From a virus: 64,000 nucleotides of DNA. A program made the translations under genes and the position numbers. Shown here one piece after another: positions 30,325 to 39,765 of the stretch; positions within the stretch are counted from its first letter, which is position 1; each line of letters opens with the position of its first letter. The notes beneath the pieces are model-generated. The model had not been told where the DNA came from. It saw only the letters and a program-made list of their open reading frames with translations, and made no database searches. The stretch is from positions 54,249 through 118,248 of the IMG/VR virus record IMGVR_UViG_3300025141_013870, one strand, 5' to 3'.

Positions 30325-30755
30325 TGCTTTCTAAAAAACACGTAAAATCTTCCTGGGTTGTTAGAAAAAAAACAAACAGTGTTATAAACAAACCTTGGGG
30401 AACTGAAACAATATGGTCAGGATTTTTTGGAATTCATGGAAAAACATGTTTTATTAAAGCCGGTGCCAGATCAAGTTTTAAATATTTTCCAATAAAATCT
30501 GAAGTTTTATTTTTAAGATCTGGAAAGGCAGAGGTGACGTTTGGGGCTGAGGAGACACTATTGGATCCCATAGGCTATCCGTTAAAGAGTGAGATACTTT
30601 GCGAGGGAGACGTGCTAATGGTTCAATCTGGCTGCCCGTATAGGGTTAAAGCCATAACTGATTGTGAGATAATTGAGATAGGAAATAATTCTACAGATAA
30701 GCCAGTTAGAATAGAGGATGACTATGGAAGAGCTACAGCTAAAAAGAAATCCTGA
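30324..30755 (+). CDS. Cupin-fold protein (sugar isomerase-like)
   Basis: VINKPWGTE start and cupin beta pattern, though usual His ligands are not evident; ORF track start 30303. Confidence 0.6.
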   Translation: MLSKKHVKSSWVVRKKTNSVINKPWGTETIWSGFFGIHGKTCFIKAGARSSFKYFPIKSEVLFLRSGKAEVTFGAEETLLDPIGYPLKSEILCEGDVLMVQSGCPYRVKAITDCEIIEIGNNSTDKPVRIEDDYGRATAKKKS

Positions 30756-31305
30756 GTTTATAATTTTTACAGGGCCGATGTTTAGCTCTAAAACAACTAG
30801 ACTTCTTGCTACAATAGATCGATTCAGATATCAAAATAGAAATGTCGTCGCATTCAAGCCTTCTCTTGATGAACGATACTCGCAATCTAAAATTTGTACA
30901 CACAACGGAGGAGAAATAGAAGCACATGTAGTTAAGTCAGGTGACGATATAATTAAGTTAGTGAAAAACTACGATAAAAATATAGATGTCATCGCAGTTG
31001 ATGAAGCGTTTATGATAGAAGGAGTAGCTGTGTCGCTACTCGATCTTTTTAGATCTGGAAAAACAATAGTCATATCTTCTTTACAGCTTTCTGCAACTGG
31101 CAATGTATTTGAAGAGATTAGAGATATGATGCCGTGGGCAACAAAAATAGAAGTTTGCCCAGCAGTATGTACTATTACTGGTCTTGACGCATATTACACT
31201 CATAGAAAATTTAACAATATGGAAGAGATAACAGTCGGAGGTTCTGATTTATATGAACCTAGATGCTGGTTTTACCATAGTTTTATGAACCAGTCAGACA
31301 TTTAG
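30718..31305 (+). CDS. tdk: Thymidine kinase
   Basis: GPMFSSKTT, VDEAF, YEPRC. Confidence 0.9.
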   Translation: MTMEELQLKRNPEFIIFTGPMFSSKTTRLLATIDRFRYQNRNVVAFKPSLDERYSQSKICTHNGGEIEAHVVKSGDDIIKLVKNYDKNIDVIAVDEAFMIEGVAVSLLDLFRSGKTIVISSLQLSATGNVFEEIRDMMPWATKIEVCPAVCTITGLDAYYTHRKFNNMEEITVGGSDLYEPRCWFYHSFMNQSDI

Positions 31306-31311
31306 GAGATT

Positions 31312-32394
31312 ATGATGCTAGAGCCAACAAGTGTCGATTACGTTATTTATCACGCTAACTGTTCTGATGGATTTGGTGCAGCATATGCTGCATGGAAATG
31401 TCTAGGCAATAAGGCAACTTATCTCGCTGCAAAGCATGGTTCAACGCCTCCAGACATCACAGATAAGAATGTAGCTATTCTTGATTTTTCTTATGATAAC
31501 ACGACTATAAAAGGAATGATCGAAGAGGCAAATGATCTAATAGTTATAGATCATCATAAATCTGCGGTGGTAGAGCTTCATGATATTTCTAATACTCGCT
31601 TCGATATGACAAAGAGCGGTGCAATGTTATCTTGGGAGTATTTTCACCCTGGAAAAGAACCCCCGAAGTTCATACGATATATTCAGGATCGCGATCTCTG
31701 GAAGTGGGAATTAGATTATTCCAAGGAATTTAGTGCAGCATTTGATATGGTTCCGTTTGAATTTGAAGAATTTGTGAAATTTGAAGATGATTCAGTTTTT
31801 GATGACGCTGTAAAGCGTGGCTCATTTATTCTTGCGTATAGCAAAACAGTTGTAAAGAAAGTTTGTGAAAAGGCACGGCCCAGAAAGTATGGTGGTCTTG
31901 ATGTACTAGTCGTAAATTCATCTCACTGGATGTCTGAGATTGGTGCAAGATTATCCGCAGAGTGTGACTTTGCTGTAATATGGTATTATGATCATGAGGA
32001 AAGAAATATTCGAGTAAGCCTCAGATCATTTCATGATAATGTAGATGTATCAGAAATAGCTAAAAAATTTGGCGGCGGCGGCCACAAGAAGGCAGCTGGC
32101 TTTACACTGTCTGGTGAGACGATTGTAGATGATCTATTTGATAGAATCGAAGAACCTTTAGTTGATACTACTCCTGCCAGAGAGGAGCTTAAGAAAATTC
32201 GAGAAGTTCTTGAGGAAAAAGGCGATATTGACAAAGAGGAGGCGGTTGATCAAATGGAAGCTCTTTTAGATGGGCTTGAGGTTAAGGAAACAGATGAATC
32301 AGAAAAATTGCAAGAAGATAAGGGAGACGATACAGGAGTCAGCGAAGAAGCTAGAGGGAAAATTACCCTCATCCAGTCGTCATCCCAAGGGTAG
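31312..32394 (+). CDS. DHH/DHHA1 phosphoesterase with acidic tail
   Basis: CSDG, IDHH, SLRS, GGGGHKKAAGF. Confidence 0.85.
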   Translation: MMLEPTSVDYVIYHANCSDGFGAAYAAWKCLGNKATYLAAKHGSTPPDITDKNVAILDFSYDNTTIKGMIEEANDLIVIDHHKSAVVELHDISNTRFDMTKSGAMLSWEYFHPGKEPPKFIRYIQDRDLWKWELDYSKEFSAAFDMVPFEFEEFVKFEDDSVFDDAVKRGSFILAYSKTVVKKVCEKARPRKYGGLDVLVVNSSHWMSEIGARLSAECDFAVIWYYDHEERNIRVSLRSFHDNVDVSEIAKKFGGGGHKKAAGFTLSGETIVDDLFDRIEEPLVDTTPAREELKKIREVLEEKGDIDKEEAVDQMEALLDGLEVKETDESEKLQEDKGDDTGVSEEARGKITLIQSSSQG

Positions 32395-32521
32395 AAACCC
32401 ATACGCACACCTACCAAAAGTTATAAAGTCATTTTTTGGAAAGTCATATAAAGATTTATCAGATGATAAAATAGATGAAGTGATGTATATAATTGAATAT
32501 TGCACGGAGAATCCATTTTAA
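32294..32521 (+). CDS. Small hypothetical protein overlapping the DHH gene
   Basis: GRNPYAHL..FGKSYKDL looks protein-like; fills gap to next gene. Confidence 0.6.
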   Translation: MNQKNCKKIRETIQESAKKLEGKLPSSSRHPKGRNPYAHLPKVIKSFFGKSYKDLSDDKIDEVMYIIEYCTENPF

Positions 32522-32522
32522 T

Positions 32523-33272
32523 ATGTCATATCTTGGTTATATAAAATGCTTATCAAAGCTAATGTCACATATTAATGATCCTGTTATATTAGAGATAGGC
32601 GTTGACTATGGGCAATCTACTCTTCCTCTTGTTCATAACCTTATCTCATCTTGCGATCGTTTTTTATATACAGGTGTCGATATAAAGTTACGACAAGAGG
32701 TAATTGAACAAGCTGTTCAGATGAACGATGTTTTACTTTTAGGAAAGCCGGGCGTGCCTAAAGATTCTGCAAATGTTGTATTTTATACAGCTAACAGTCT
32801 TGAATTATTACCAAAGCTTAAAAGTCACGGTGCAAAATATGATTTAATTCTTATCGATGGAGATCACAATTACTTCACTGTTAAAAATGAACTTGATCAC
32901 ATAAAGGATATCGTGTATCCAAGCACAATAATTATGTGTGATGACTATAACGGTAGATGCGCTGAGTCAGACATGTTTTATTCTGATAGAAAAGAATATG
33001 AATCTATTGAAATCGCCACACCAAGAAAGCATACTGAGAAACAAGGAGTGCGCACGGCTGTCTCTGACTTTCTAAGTGAAAACCCTACGTGGGCAATTCT
33101 TGATCATGGTCTGGATCCTTGTTTTTTATTCCAGAAAGACTACGTTGATTTTAATATTTTTTCTCCTGAAGGCTCAACATCTCTTAGCGATTGTATTTTA
33201 GAGTTTAATCTCAAGTCACCTTCAGCATTGGCAAGGTTCAAGGAGAGCACAATTGCGTCCATCATGGAATAA
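32523..33272 (+). CDS. Class I SAM-dependent methyltransferase
   Basis: ILEIGVDYGQS, YDLILIDGDH, CDDY. Confidence 0.8.
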   Translation: MSYLGYIKCLSKLMSHINDPVILEIGVDYGQSTLPLVHNLISSCDRFLYTGVDIKLRQEVIEQAVQMNDVLLLGKPGVPKDSANVVFYTANSLELLPKLKSHGAKYDLILIDGDHNYFTVKNELDHIKDIVYPSTIIMCDDYNGRCAESDMFYSDRKEYESIEIATPRKHTEKQGVRTAVSDFLSENPTWAILDHGLDPCFLFQKDYVDFNIFSPEGSTSLSDCILEFNLKSPSALARFKESTIASIME

Positions 33273-33666
33273 AGTATGGATGGAGTTTGCGTATATAATA
33301 TCCAAAAGATCATATGATCTACGACATCAGGTGGGTGCTGTGATTGTGACTGATGATAACACTCAGGTTCTTGCAGTGGGATATAATGGAAACTATGCAG
33401 GAGGGCCAAATGAATCTGAATCACTTGAGCCAGGTCAGTCTGGAATGATACACGCAGAGATAAATGCTCTTTTAAAATGTGATTATAATTGCCCAAAAAG
33501 AAAAATAATGTATATCACTTTGTCTCCTTGCAGGATGTGTGCAAAGGCAATAATCAATGCGGGAATAAGTGCTGTAATTTATGATCAAGAATATAGAGAT
33601 TCATCAGGAATAGACTTGCTTCATAATGCAGGCATCTCTGTTGTTTCATTCAAAAATATTAGATAA
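33253..33666 (+). CDS. dCMP deaminase
   Basis: GYNG, HAEINAL, SPCRMC. Confidence 0.9.
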   Translation: MRPSWNKVWMEFAYIISKRSYDLRHQVGAVIVTDDNTQVLAVGYNGNYAGGPNESESLEPGQSGMIHAEINALLKCDYNCPKRKIMYITLSPCRMCAKAIINAGISAVIYDQEYRDSSGIDLLHNAGISVVSFKNIR

Positions 33667-33674
33667 TCTACATC

Positions 33675-33682
33675 ATATTTAA
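33675..33682 (+). promoter_or_regulatory. Putative late promoter motif within SD-occluding palindrome
   Basis: ATATTTAA inside TCATATTT/AAATATGA; SD GAGGTG at 33687. Confidence 0.45.
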
Positions 33683-33697
33683 ATATGAGGTGTATCT

Positions 33698-33970
33698 ATG
33701 AAGACCTTTTCCTCAAAAGATATCTTAGAGATCGTAAAAAAAATACATAATCAAAATGAAAATATTGATGTATTTGCAGGAAAAGGATCAGATAGAAAAA
33801 TAATAGTTAAAAAGGGCCTGAAGATACGTCACAAGCCATCAGGCCTAGTTTATACTGTTTTAAAGGTAATAATTCCAGATGGTAGCTCTGAACCTAAAAT
33901 TTTATGCAGAAGGCCTGGAAAGGAATTACTTATTACGAGAAATGAGTTTAAAGACTACGAGAGGCACTAA
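33698..33970 (+). CDS. Hypothetical protein
   Basis: SD GAGGTG; 90 aa. Confidence 0.75.
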   Translation: MKTFSSKDILEIVKKIHNQNENIDVFAGKGSDRKIIVKKGLKIRHKPSGLVYTVLKVIIPDGSSEPKILCRRPGKELLITRNEFKDYERH

Positions 33971-34680
33971 TGTCAGATAATAAGGATAAAGGATTGTTCA
34001 CACATAAAGATTTGAGAAAAAACATCAGAAAAAGCTTGAATCTTTGTGATGAGAGGCTAGATGAATCCTATGTTGCACAAGTGAAACAATTTAATCTACC
34101 AACAGAATTACTTAGCAAGTCAAGTAAAAAAAATCATATAGTGCTCTACGACAATTATGTAGCTGTATTTAATAGAATTAGCGCTGAGCTTGATACCGCA
34201 GATAGAGCTAGTTCAAATTCTGATCATTCTCAATTTAGAGATCTTAAAGTTGATGAGACATATAATATGAATTCATCTTACTTACATGAATTATACTTTT
34301 CTAACATTAGTGATCTTCATAGCGAGATATCGATGGATTCACTGTCTTATATGCGTCTCGCTAGAGACTTTGGCTCTTTTGATGATTGGCAAAAAGATTT
34401 TGTCGCTTGCTGCTTGGCTTCTAGGTGCGGCTGGGCGATTACATATTTTAATACTTTCATGCAAAGATACATGAATTGCTCTATTGATCTGCATAGTCTT
34501 AATGTTCCCGTGGGTGCTTATCCCGTCATAGTGATGGATGTGTGGCAACATGCTTATTATAGAGACTATCTTAAGGATGTAAAGACATATGTATATGGCA
34601 TGATGAAGCAGCTAAATTGGAAAGTTATAGAAAAACGATTTGAGAAAGCTGATGAAATTCAAAAAATACTAAGGGCATAA
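33970..34680 (+). CDS. sod: Fe/Mn superoxide dismutase family protein with N-terminal extension
   Basis: HIVLYDNYV, LHELYFSN, DVWQHAYYRDY. Confidence 0.8.
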   Translation: MSDNKDKGLFTHKDLRKNIRKSLNLCDERLDESYVAQVKQFNLPTELLSKSSKKNHIVLYDNYVAVFNRISAELDTADRASSNSDHSQFRDLKVDETYNMNSSYLHELYFSNISDLHSEISMDSLSYMRLARDFGSFDDWQKDFVACCLASRCGWAITYFNTFMQRYMNCSIDLHSLNVPVGAYPVIVMDVWQHAYYRDYLKDVKTYVYGMMKQLNWKVIEKRFEKADEIQKILRA

Positions 34681-34681
34681 T

Positions 34682-35338
34682 ATGAAAAATTCAGTTACTA
34701 GAACTATTAGATCTTTGATACTGGAACAGGTAGAAGATCTGTTTGTCAACCCTGCAGCTGCTGAGGAAACAACTCGACTCGAGGTAGATTCAGCAGATGA
34801 TCAAATTGATTCATTTATTTTGAAATTTGAAAAAGATTCAATATCAGAGGATGACAATGAGATCAATAGTCTAAATGAGTCATTATATAATCTGTCTTTA
34901 AAAGCTCTCCTAGAGCAGGAAGAGGACGAAGAAGCTGTTGAAGTAGATGAGGAAGAACCTGTCGAGGATGAGGGTGAAGAGTCTCCGGCTGGTGATGACG
35001 CTGCACCAGAAGATCCTGAACCTGCAGGAAGCGAAGATACAGATGTTGAACCTGCTGAATCTCTTCCAAGACCGCCACTAGACGTTGATTCCTTTACTAA
35101 GCGAGTCGCAAGACTGGCAATGAATCATGAAAACCTTTTAGATATAAAAACAGTTATCATAAACAGAGCTATGAATTTTCTTAAGGAGAATTATGATGAC
35201 GCACACGCCCTTGAGATGAAAGACATTCTTGATTCACAGTTTGATTTTGATCTAGACGGAGGGAAGGAAATACCTTCTGCACCATTTGCTGTAGGCGCCA
35301 ATCCTGCGGGTGCTGGAACTATGGGCGGCGGGGCGTGA
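34682..35338 (+). CDS. Acidic hypothetical protein (head core/scaffold-like)
   Basis: IRSLILEQ, LLEQ motifs, E/D-rich. Confidence 0.65.
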   Translation: MKNSVTRTIRSLILEQVEDLFVNPAAAEETTRLEVDSADDQIDSFILKFEKDSISEDDNEINSLNESLYNLSLKALLEQEEDEEAVEVDEEEPVEDEGEESPAGDDAAPEDPEPAGSEDTDVEPAESLPRPPLDVDSFTKRVARLAMNHENLLDIKTVIINRAMNFLKENYDDAHALEMKDILDSQFDFDLDGGKEIPSAPFAVGANPAGAGTMGGGA

Positions 35339-35628
35339 TGGCTAAGAAGACGTACATAGATTTCGAAACAAAGAAGACTATTCACTTTAACATAACAAGA
35401 GAAACCCATAGCAAAATTAGAATTATGTGTTTTAAAAATAGGCTTTCTTTACAAGAGGTATATGAAGAAATCTCACAAAGAATAGCATCAGAATCTCCTG
35501 AAATGATTTCTTTTTTAGAAGATCTTTCTCAAAAGAAAAGAGACAAGATTGTTAAAAAATTATCAGAAACGGATGCAGAATCACTATTTAATATTATAGA
35601 AAAAGAAAACCCGTTACGTGATGAGTGA
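35338..35628 (+). CDS. Hypothetical protein (possible RHH-type DNA-binding)
   Basis: KTIHFNITRETHSKIR..SLQEV strand-helix-helix pattern. Confidence 0.55.
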   Translation: MAKKTYIDFETKKTIHFNITRETHSKIRIMCFKNRLSLQEVYEEISQRIASESPEMISFLEDLSQKKRDKIVKKLSETDAESLFNIIEKENPLRDE

Positions 35629-35908
35629 GATGATTAAATATATTAAAAATTTATTTCGTAGAAGGAGAAGGCATCTCGATCATATCGAGACGCTAGAGGA
35701 GAGAATAATCTCTCTTGAAAAACATCTTTTAGAATCACAGCATATGCTTGCAAAACAGTCAGAGCTTCTATCAGTTGTAGCAAGCATTCAGTGTGATATT
35801 ATCGGAGTAATGTTTAAAGAATCTCCCAAGGCTATAAAGAAAGATAAAAAATCTTCGCAGAAAAGAACGCTTATAGTCATACCATCTGATGATGACTTTA
35901 TAAATTAA
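35618..35908 (+). CDS. Hypothetical protein
   Basis: Coupled ORF, 96 aa. Confidence 0.65.
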   Translation: MMSEMIKYIKNLFRRRRRHLDHIETLEERIISLEKHLLESQHMLAKQSELLSVVASIQCDIIGVMFKESPKAIKKDKKSSQKRTLIVIPSDDDFIN

Positions 35909-35932
35909 TCCTCCTATTTATATTAGGAGGAT
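35908..35932 (+). promoter_or_regulatory. SD-occluding hairpin containing late promoter motif
   Basis: ATCCTCCTA-tttatat-TAGGAGGAT perfect 9-bp stem covering AGGAGG. Confidence 0.65.
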
Positions 35933-35935
35933 CAA

Positions 35936-36130
35936 ATGCGAACTGGACTTGTAGATAGAATTCTAGGTAAAATCATTTCTAGAAAATTTACTGTCTTTGT
36001 AACAGCTACAGCATTAATGCTTTGGGCCGATCTCACTTCAGATACGTGGGGAATGATTGCGATAGTTTATATCGGGGGCCAAAGTGTTATTGATGCAGCG
36101 CTTTCTTGGAAGCACGGTAAAGATGACTAG
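35936..36130 (+). CDS. Small two-TM protein, holin-like
   Basis: 64 aa, ISRKF + two hydrophobic helices, charged C-terminus. Confidence 0.5.
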   Translation: MRTGLVDRILGKIISRKFTVFVTATALMLWADLTSDTWGMIAIVYIGGQSVIDAALSWKHGKDD

Positions 36131-36539
36131 TAGTTTAATATGGCTATCGATTAAAGCTCGATTAAGAAAAACATACGCGTGGTGCAAGAAGTACTGGCAG
36201 ATACTTGTTGGTGCTGCGATTCCGATTATTCTGATGATAATATTTAAAAAAAATAACGAAGCTGGAAAAATCTTAGACAGAGCAAGAGATGATTATAAAA
36301 AAGAGATAGACGTTATTAATAAGTCTCATAATAAGGAAATAGAAGATATAGAGGTCGCAAGAAAAATATATTTAAAATCATTAAAAGAAATAGAAGAAAA
36401 ATATATTGATGCCAAAGAGAGCCTCGACGATAAAAAGAAAAAAGAGATAGAGAAAGTCATACTAGAAAATGTTAATAATCCTGATGAGATAACAAGAAGA
36501 ATTTCAGAGATTACAGGATTTGAAATTCATGTATCATAA
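36123..36539 (+). CDS. TM-anchored coiled-coil protein (i-spanin-like)
   Basis: Single TM then long K/E coiled coil. Confidence 0.45.
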   Translation: MTSSLIWLSIKARLRKTYAWCKKYWQILVGAAIPIILMIIFKKNNEAGKILDRARDDYKKEIDVINKSHNKEIEDIEVARKIYLKSLKEIEEKYIDAKESLDDKKKKEIEKVILENVNNPDEITRRISEITGFEIHVS

Positions 36540-36557
36540 ACGATATTTTTTTAAAAT
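36530..36557 (+). promoter_or_regulatory. Putative TGTAWW-N16-TAnnnT promoter
   Basis: TGTATC-N16-TAAAAT. Confidence 0.4.
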
Positions 36558-36580
36558 GATATTATCTTTAAGGGAAAGCT

Positions 36581-37045
36581 ATGAATAAAAAAATTAATAT
36601 TATAACGGGACACTTCTCATTACTGTTTTTTATTTTCAATATATTATTTTTTCCATCTTTATCATACGCTGATGAAAAAGTTGTTACTGTTACAAAAGGT
36701 GAATCAGCTCCATTTTCCGGCACTCTTTTTAACACTGAGGCTGCAGCAAGGCTTTTAATAGATCTCGAATCAAATACCGAGCTTTGTGATATTGAATGTG
36801 GCAAGAAGATAGAGAAAAAAGAAGCAGAGTTAAAATTTGATTATGATATTTTAAAAGCGTCTCATGATGCATTGCAAATAAAATATGACGAGACACTTAT
36901 AATAAAAAATAATCAAATAGAATTTTTAGAAAAGCAGGCAACAAAGCCCAAGCTAGGTGGAGAATTAGTTTTTATTTTAGGTGTTCTGGGAGGCGTAGGA
37001 ATAACAATGGCGTCAGCGTATACTTTAAATCAAATTTCTAATTAG
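36581..37045 (+). CDS. Exported protein with coiled coil and C-terminal TM
   Basis: Signal peptide (SYA|DE), KGESAPFSGTLF, C-terminal hydrophobic helix. Confidence 0.6.
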   Translation: MNKKINIITGHFSLLFFIFNILFFPSLSYADEKVVTVTKGESAPFSGTLFNTEAAARLLIDLESNTELCDIECGKKIEKKEAELKFDYDILKASHDALQIKYDETLIIKNNQIEFLEKQATKPKLGGELVFILGVLGGVGITMASAYTLNQISN

Positions 37046-37088
37046 AATACTTTGGGTAGATGAGATATTTATTTGTGTGGAGCGATTC

Positions 37089-38975
37089 ATGAAAGTCATC
37101 GTTAATAGAAATGCATTAGAAACAGCTATCAAAAGCATGGTCGAGTCTCGAAGCATACAGTCAACAAGTATAGACACTATAGCTGGAGACATAGATGCCG
37201 ACGAAACTGATGAGCCAATACAGGCATCTGACATGATGTCTGTTCAGCTCGCAGTTGATAAGCCCCCTGTTGAAGATCCAGAGTTTGTTCCAACAACCCG
37301 ACAAGCGCTAGGAAGATCAGCATCAGCGATATCTCAAGAGGTTCCAGATGATCAGATAGATTTTTTCTATAGGAAGCTACATGATCTTTTAGATCAATCC
37401 CTAGATAGGCATGATGCTTCTAAATGGGAGGAGCCCACAGTTGAACAGGAAGATGAAGAAGCCGTGGAGGCACAAGATGAAGCCATACCAGAGGAAGAGG
37501 ATTCTATAAGAGAAGCTAAGTTTAGAAAAGCTGTGTCATTAATGCTTGAGGAAGATGATTCTTTTACAGAAGACGAACATGACAAGATAGTTGTTGCCAC
37601 AGAAGAGATAGTAGAATTTCTTGAGTCAATTAAATTTGGATATTCTACTAGAGAAAGAGTTTTAACTGCTGGAGAAATTCAGACATATTTTGCTGATGGT
37701 CTTATGAGACGAGCATTAGACGACATTCTTGATACAAATGATATGCTTCCAGAGATATCGTCAGCTATAGCTGACTTGTCAGATATCGAAAAAGACCGTG
37801 TGCTATCAAATGTAAGGGATCACTACATGAAGCTTTCAAGGTCAATTCCAACTCAGCAAGATGTTGACCAGATAGATGCGAATAAAGAAGTTGACATGGT
37901 TGCAAATTCAATGTTAAAATCTATGTCATCTGACGATGTTGCAAAATTCCTATTAAACAAGGCTAAATCTGAAAAAGATCCCTTAAAGAAAAATGCTTAT
38001 AATAATATAGCAACATTACTCTTGAAGAAGGGCGAGACAGCATTTGTTGATCCTGGGTACTATGGTGAAAAAGAAGAAGAGGAAGCACAATTATCTCCAG
38101 AAGATGCAGCACAAGTTGCACAAGAGAAGCTCGAGAGAGATTTAAAGAAGCTAGATGCTCTTGCAGCTGTCTTCGGTTTCAGCGCAGCAAGCGGGTTTAG
38201 ACAGTGGAGGATGAAATTTCCCGAACCTATTTTTAAAGCTGTCCTTGGATCAGAAGGTGGGATCTCTGAGTATAGAGGATTTTCTAATGAAGTCTATAAA
38301 TCTATGATACTTGCAATGAAAAAGGTGTCTGAGATGGTCGGTCTTCTCGTCGAAGAGGTTGAGGATGATTTAGAAGAAAACCCTGGAGACAAAGATCTTG
38401 AACAGATGGTAGAGGTGCTTCAGAAGATTGATATAGAGTTACTTGAAATTGGAGAGACAGTAACAGAGGATGGCGACTTTGACAGTGAAATGATTCACAA
38501 TACTCTTGGAGGAAAAGTTTTAAAACAGATATTTAGCACTCATTTTTATAAGCCTCCGTTTACTGAGTATGCTAGAACAATTAAAAAACACATGATATCG
38601 TTTCTTACCGGCCAGGGAATAGATCAGAAAACTGCATCAACGTTTGCCAAGATGTTCAACGGAGAGGTTGATCTGCTTCCTTATAATTCTCCAAAAATGC
38701 AAATGAATAAGGTTCGGCTGGGCGGTGTGACGATTCAAATTTATAGAGCTTCGCTAGCAGAGGCACAAAAATTTAATAGAGTATTTTTTGGAAAAGAAAA
38801 TAGAGAAAAAATTAGTGCTAATTTTGAAAAGATGCTAAGAGATCCACAAAAAATCACTCGAGCAATATTTGATTCAATTCCTGATGTATTAGAATGGTCA
38901 TCTACTGAGAGTGAAAATCCCCAATTACAGGTAACTGAAACTCGCATAAGAGATCTTATCTCAGGAATGATTTGA
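37089..38975 (+). CDS. Large acidic hypothetical protein with LRxxI motifs
   Basis: Long ORF (track start 37077); three copies of the recurrent motif. Confidence 0.75.
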   Translation: MKVIVNRNALETAIKSMVESRSIQSTSIDTIAGDIDADETDEPIQASDMMSVQLAVDKPPVEDPEFVPTTRQALGRSASAISQEVPDDQIDFFYRKLHDLLDQSLDRHDASKWEEPTVEQEDEEAVEAQDEAIPEEEDSIREAKFRKAVSLMLEEDDSFTEDEHDKIVVATEEIVEFLESIKFGYSTRERVLTAGEIQTYFADGLMRRALDDILDTNDMLPEISSAIADLSDIEKDRVLSNVRDHYMKLSRSIPTQQDVDQIDANKEVDMVANSMLKSMSSDDVAKFLLNKAKSEKDPLKKNAYNNIATLLLKKGETAFVDPGYYGEKEEEEAQLSPEDAAQVAQEKLERDLKKLDALAAVFGFSAASGFRQWRMKFPEPIFKAVLGSEGGISEYRGFSNEVYKSMILAMKKVSEMVGLLVEEVEDDLEENPGDKDLEQMVEVLQKIDIELLEIGETVTEDGDFDSEMIHNTLGGKVLKQIFSTHFYKPPFTEYARTIKKHMISFLTGQGIDQKTASTFAKMFNGEVDLLPYNSPKMQMNKVRLGGVTIQIYRASLAEAQKFNRVFFGKENREKISANFEKMLRDPQKITRAIFDSIPDVLEWSSTESENPQLQVTETRIRDLISGMI

Positions 38976-39370
38976 TGAAACTAGTAGAGCTACTAGAGAA
39001 ATCACAAGGCACTCAGTTGCCCACGACATCTGTTGGAATGGCTCTAGGAAATTTGCAAACAACGATTCCGGATACTGAACCTCCAATCAAAGCTGAGAGC
39101 TCTGACTGGACCACATTCACAGACCCTGAGAGGATATCTAGAACTTTTAATTTTGATAAATCTAATCATTTGAAATATTTTATCACAGAATTATTATCAT
39201 ACCAGGAAAAAGTTCAGCACCATGCAAAGATTACAATAGAACACGGAAGCGTTAGCGTAGAGACTTATACACATGATATTAACTCTGTTACACAACAAGA
39301 TATATCACTTGCAAAGTTTTGTGACGAGATATATGATGATGTAACTTTTCTTGACTGGTCTAGAAGATGA
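38975..39370 (+). CDS. Pterin-4-alpha-carbinolamine dehydratase family protein with N-terminal extension
   Basis: ISRTFNF, QHHAKI, THDINSVTQQDISLAKFCD. Confidence 0.8.
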   Translation: MKLVELLEKSQGTQLPTTSVGMALGNLQTTIPDTEPPIKAESSDWTTFTDPERISRTFNFDKSNHLKYFITELLSYQEKVQHHAKITIEHGSVSVETYTHDINSVTQQDISLAKFCDEIYDDVTFLDWSRR

Positions 39371-39750
39371 AAGAGATAGAATACGAAAATTCTAAAGTAA
39401 TGATTAGCGACTCTCTGGTAGACAAGATAGATCCCAGACAGTTCTATGATGACCCTGACAAGATAAGCGACTTAACAGTTATTGTCTATTTTGACTCTAC
39501 GTCGCTATCTGCATCAGTTAATAAAATAAAAATATCAAAAAATTTAATTCGTTTAAATTTTGTGTGTGAGTCTAAAGATGTGTGGCCTATAGTCTCTGGA
39601 GAAAAAATTAATAATTTTTCAATTTTAATGAACGATAATGATATAATTTTAAAGGATTATGAAGCGTTTGATATCTTGACAAGATCTGTAGCTGCGACAC
39701 AAGATAGTGTGTATGAATGTGATTTAGTTGTAAAGATGCATAATACATAA
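39367..39750 (+). CDS. Hypothetical protein
   Basis: Coupled ORF (ATGA overlap). Confidence 0.65.
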   Translation: MKEIEYENSKVMISDSLVDKIDPRQFYDDPDKISDLTVIVYFDSTSLSASVNKIKISKNLIRLNFVCESKDVWPIVSGEKINNFSILMNDNDIILKDYEAFDILTRSVAATQDSVYECDLVVKMHNT

Positions 39751-39765
39751 TAATAGAGGTTTAAG

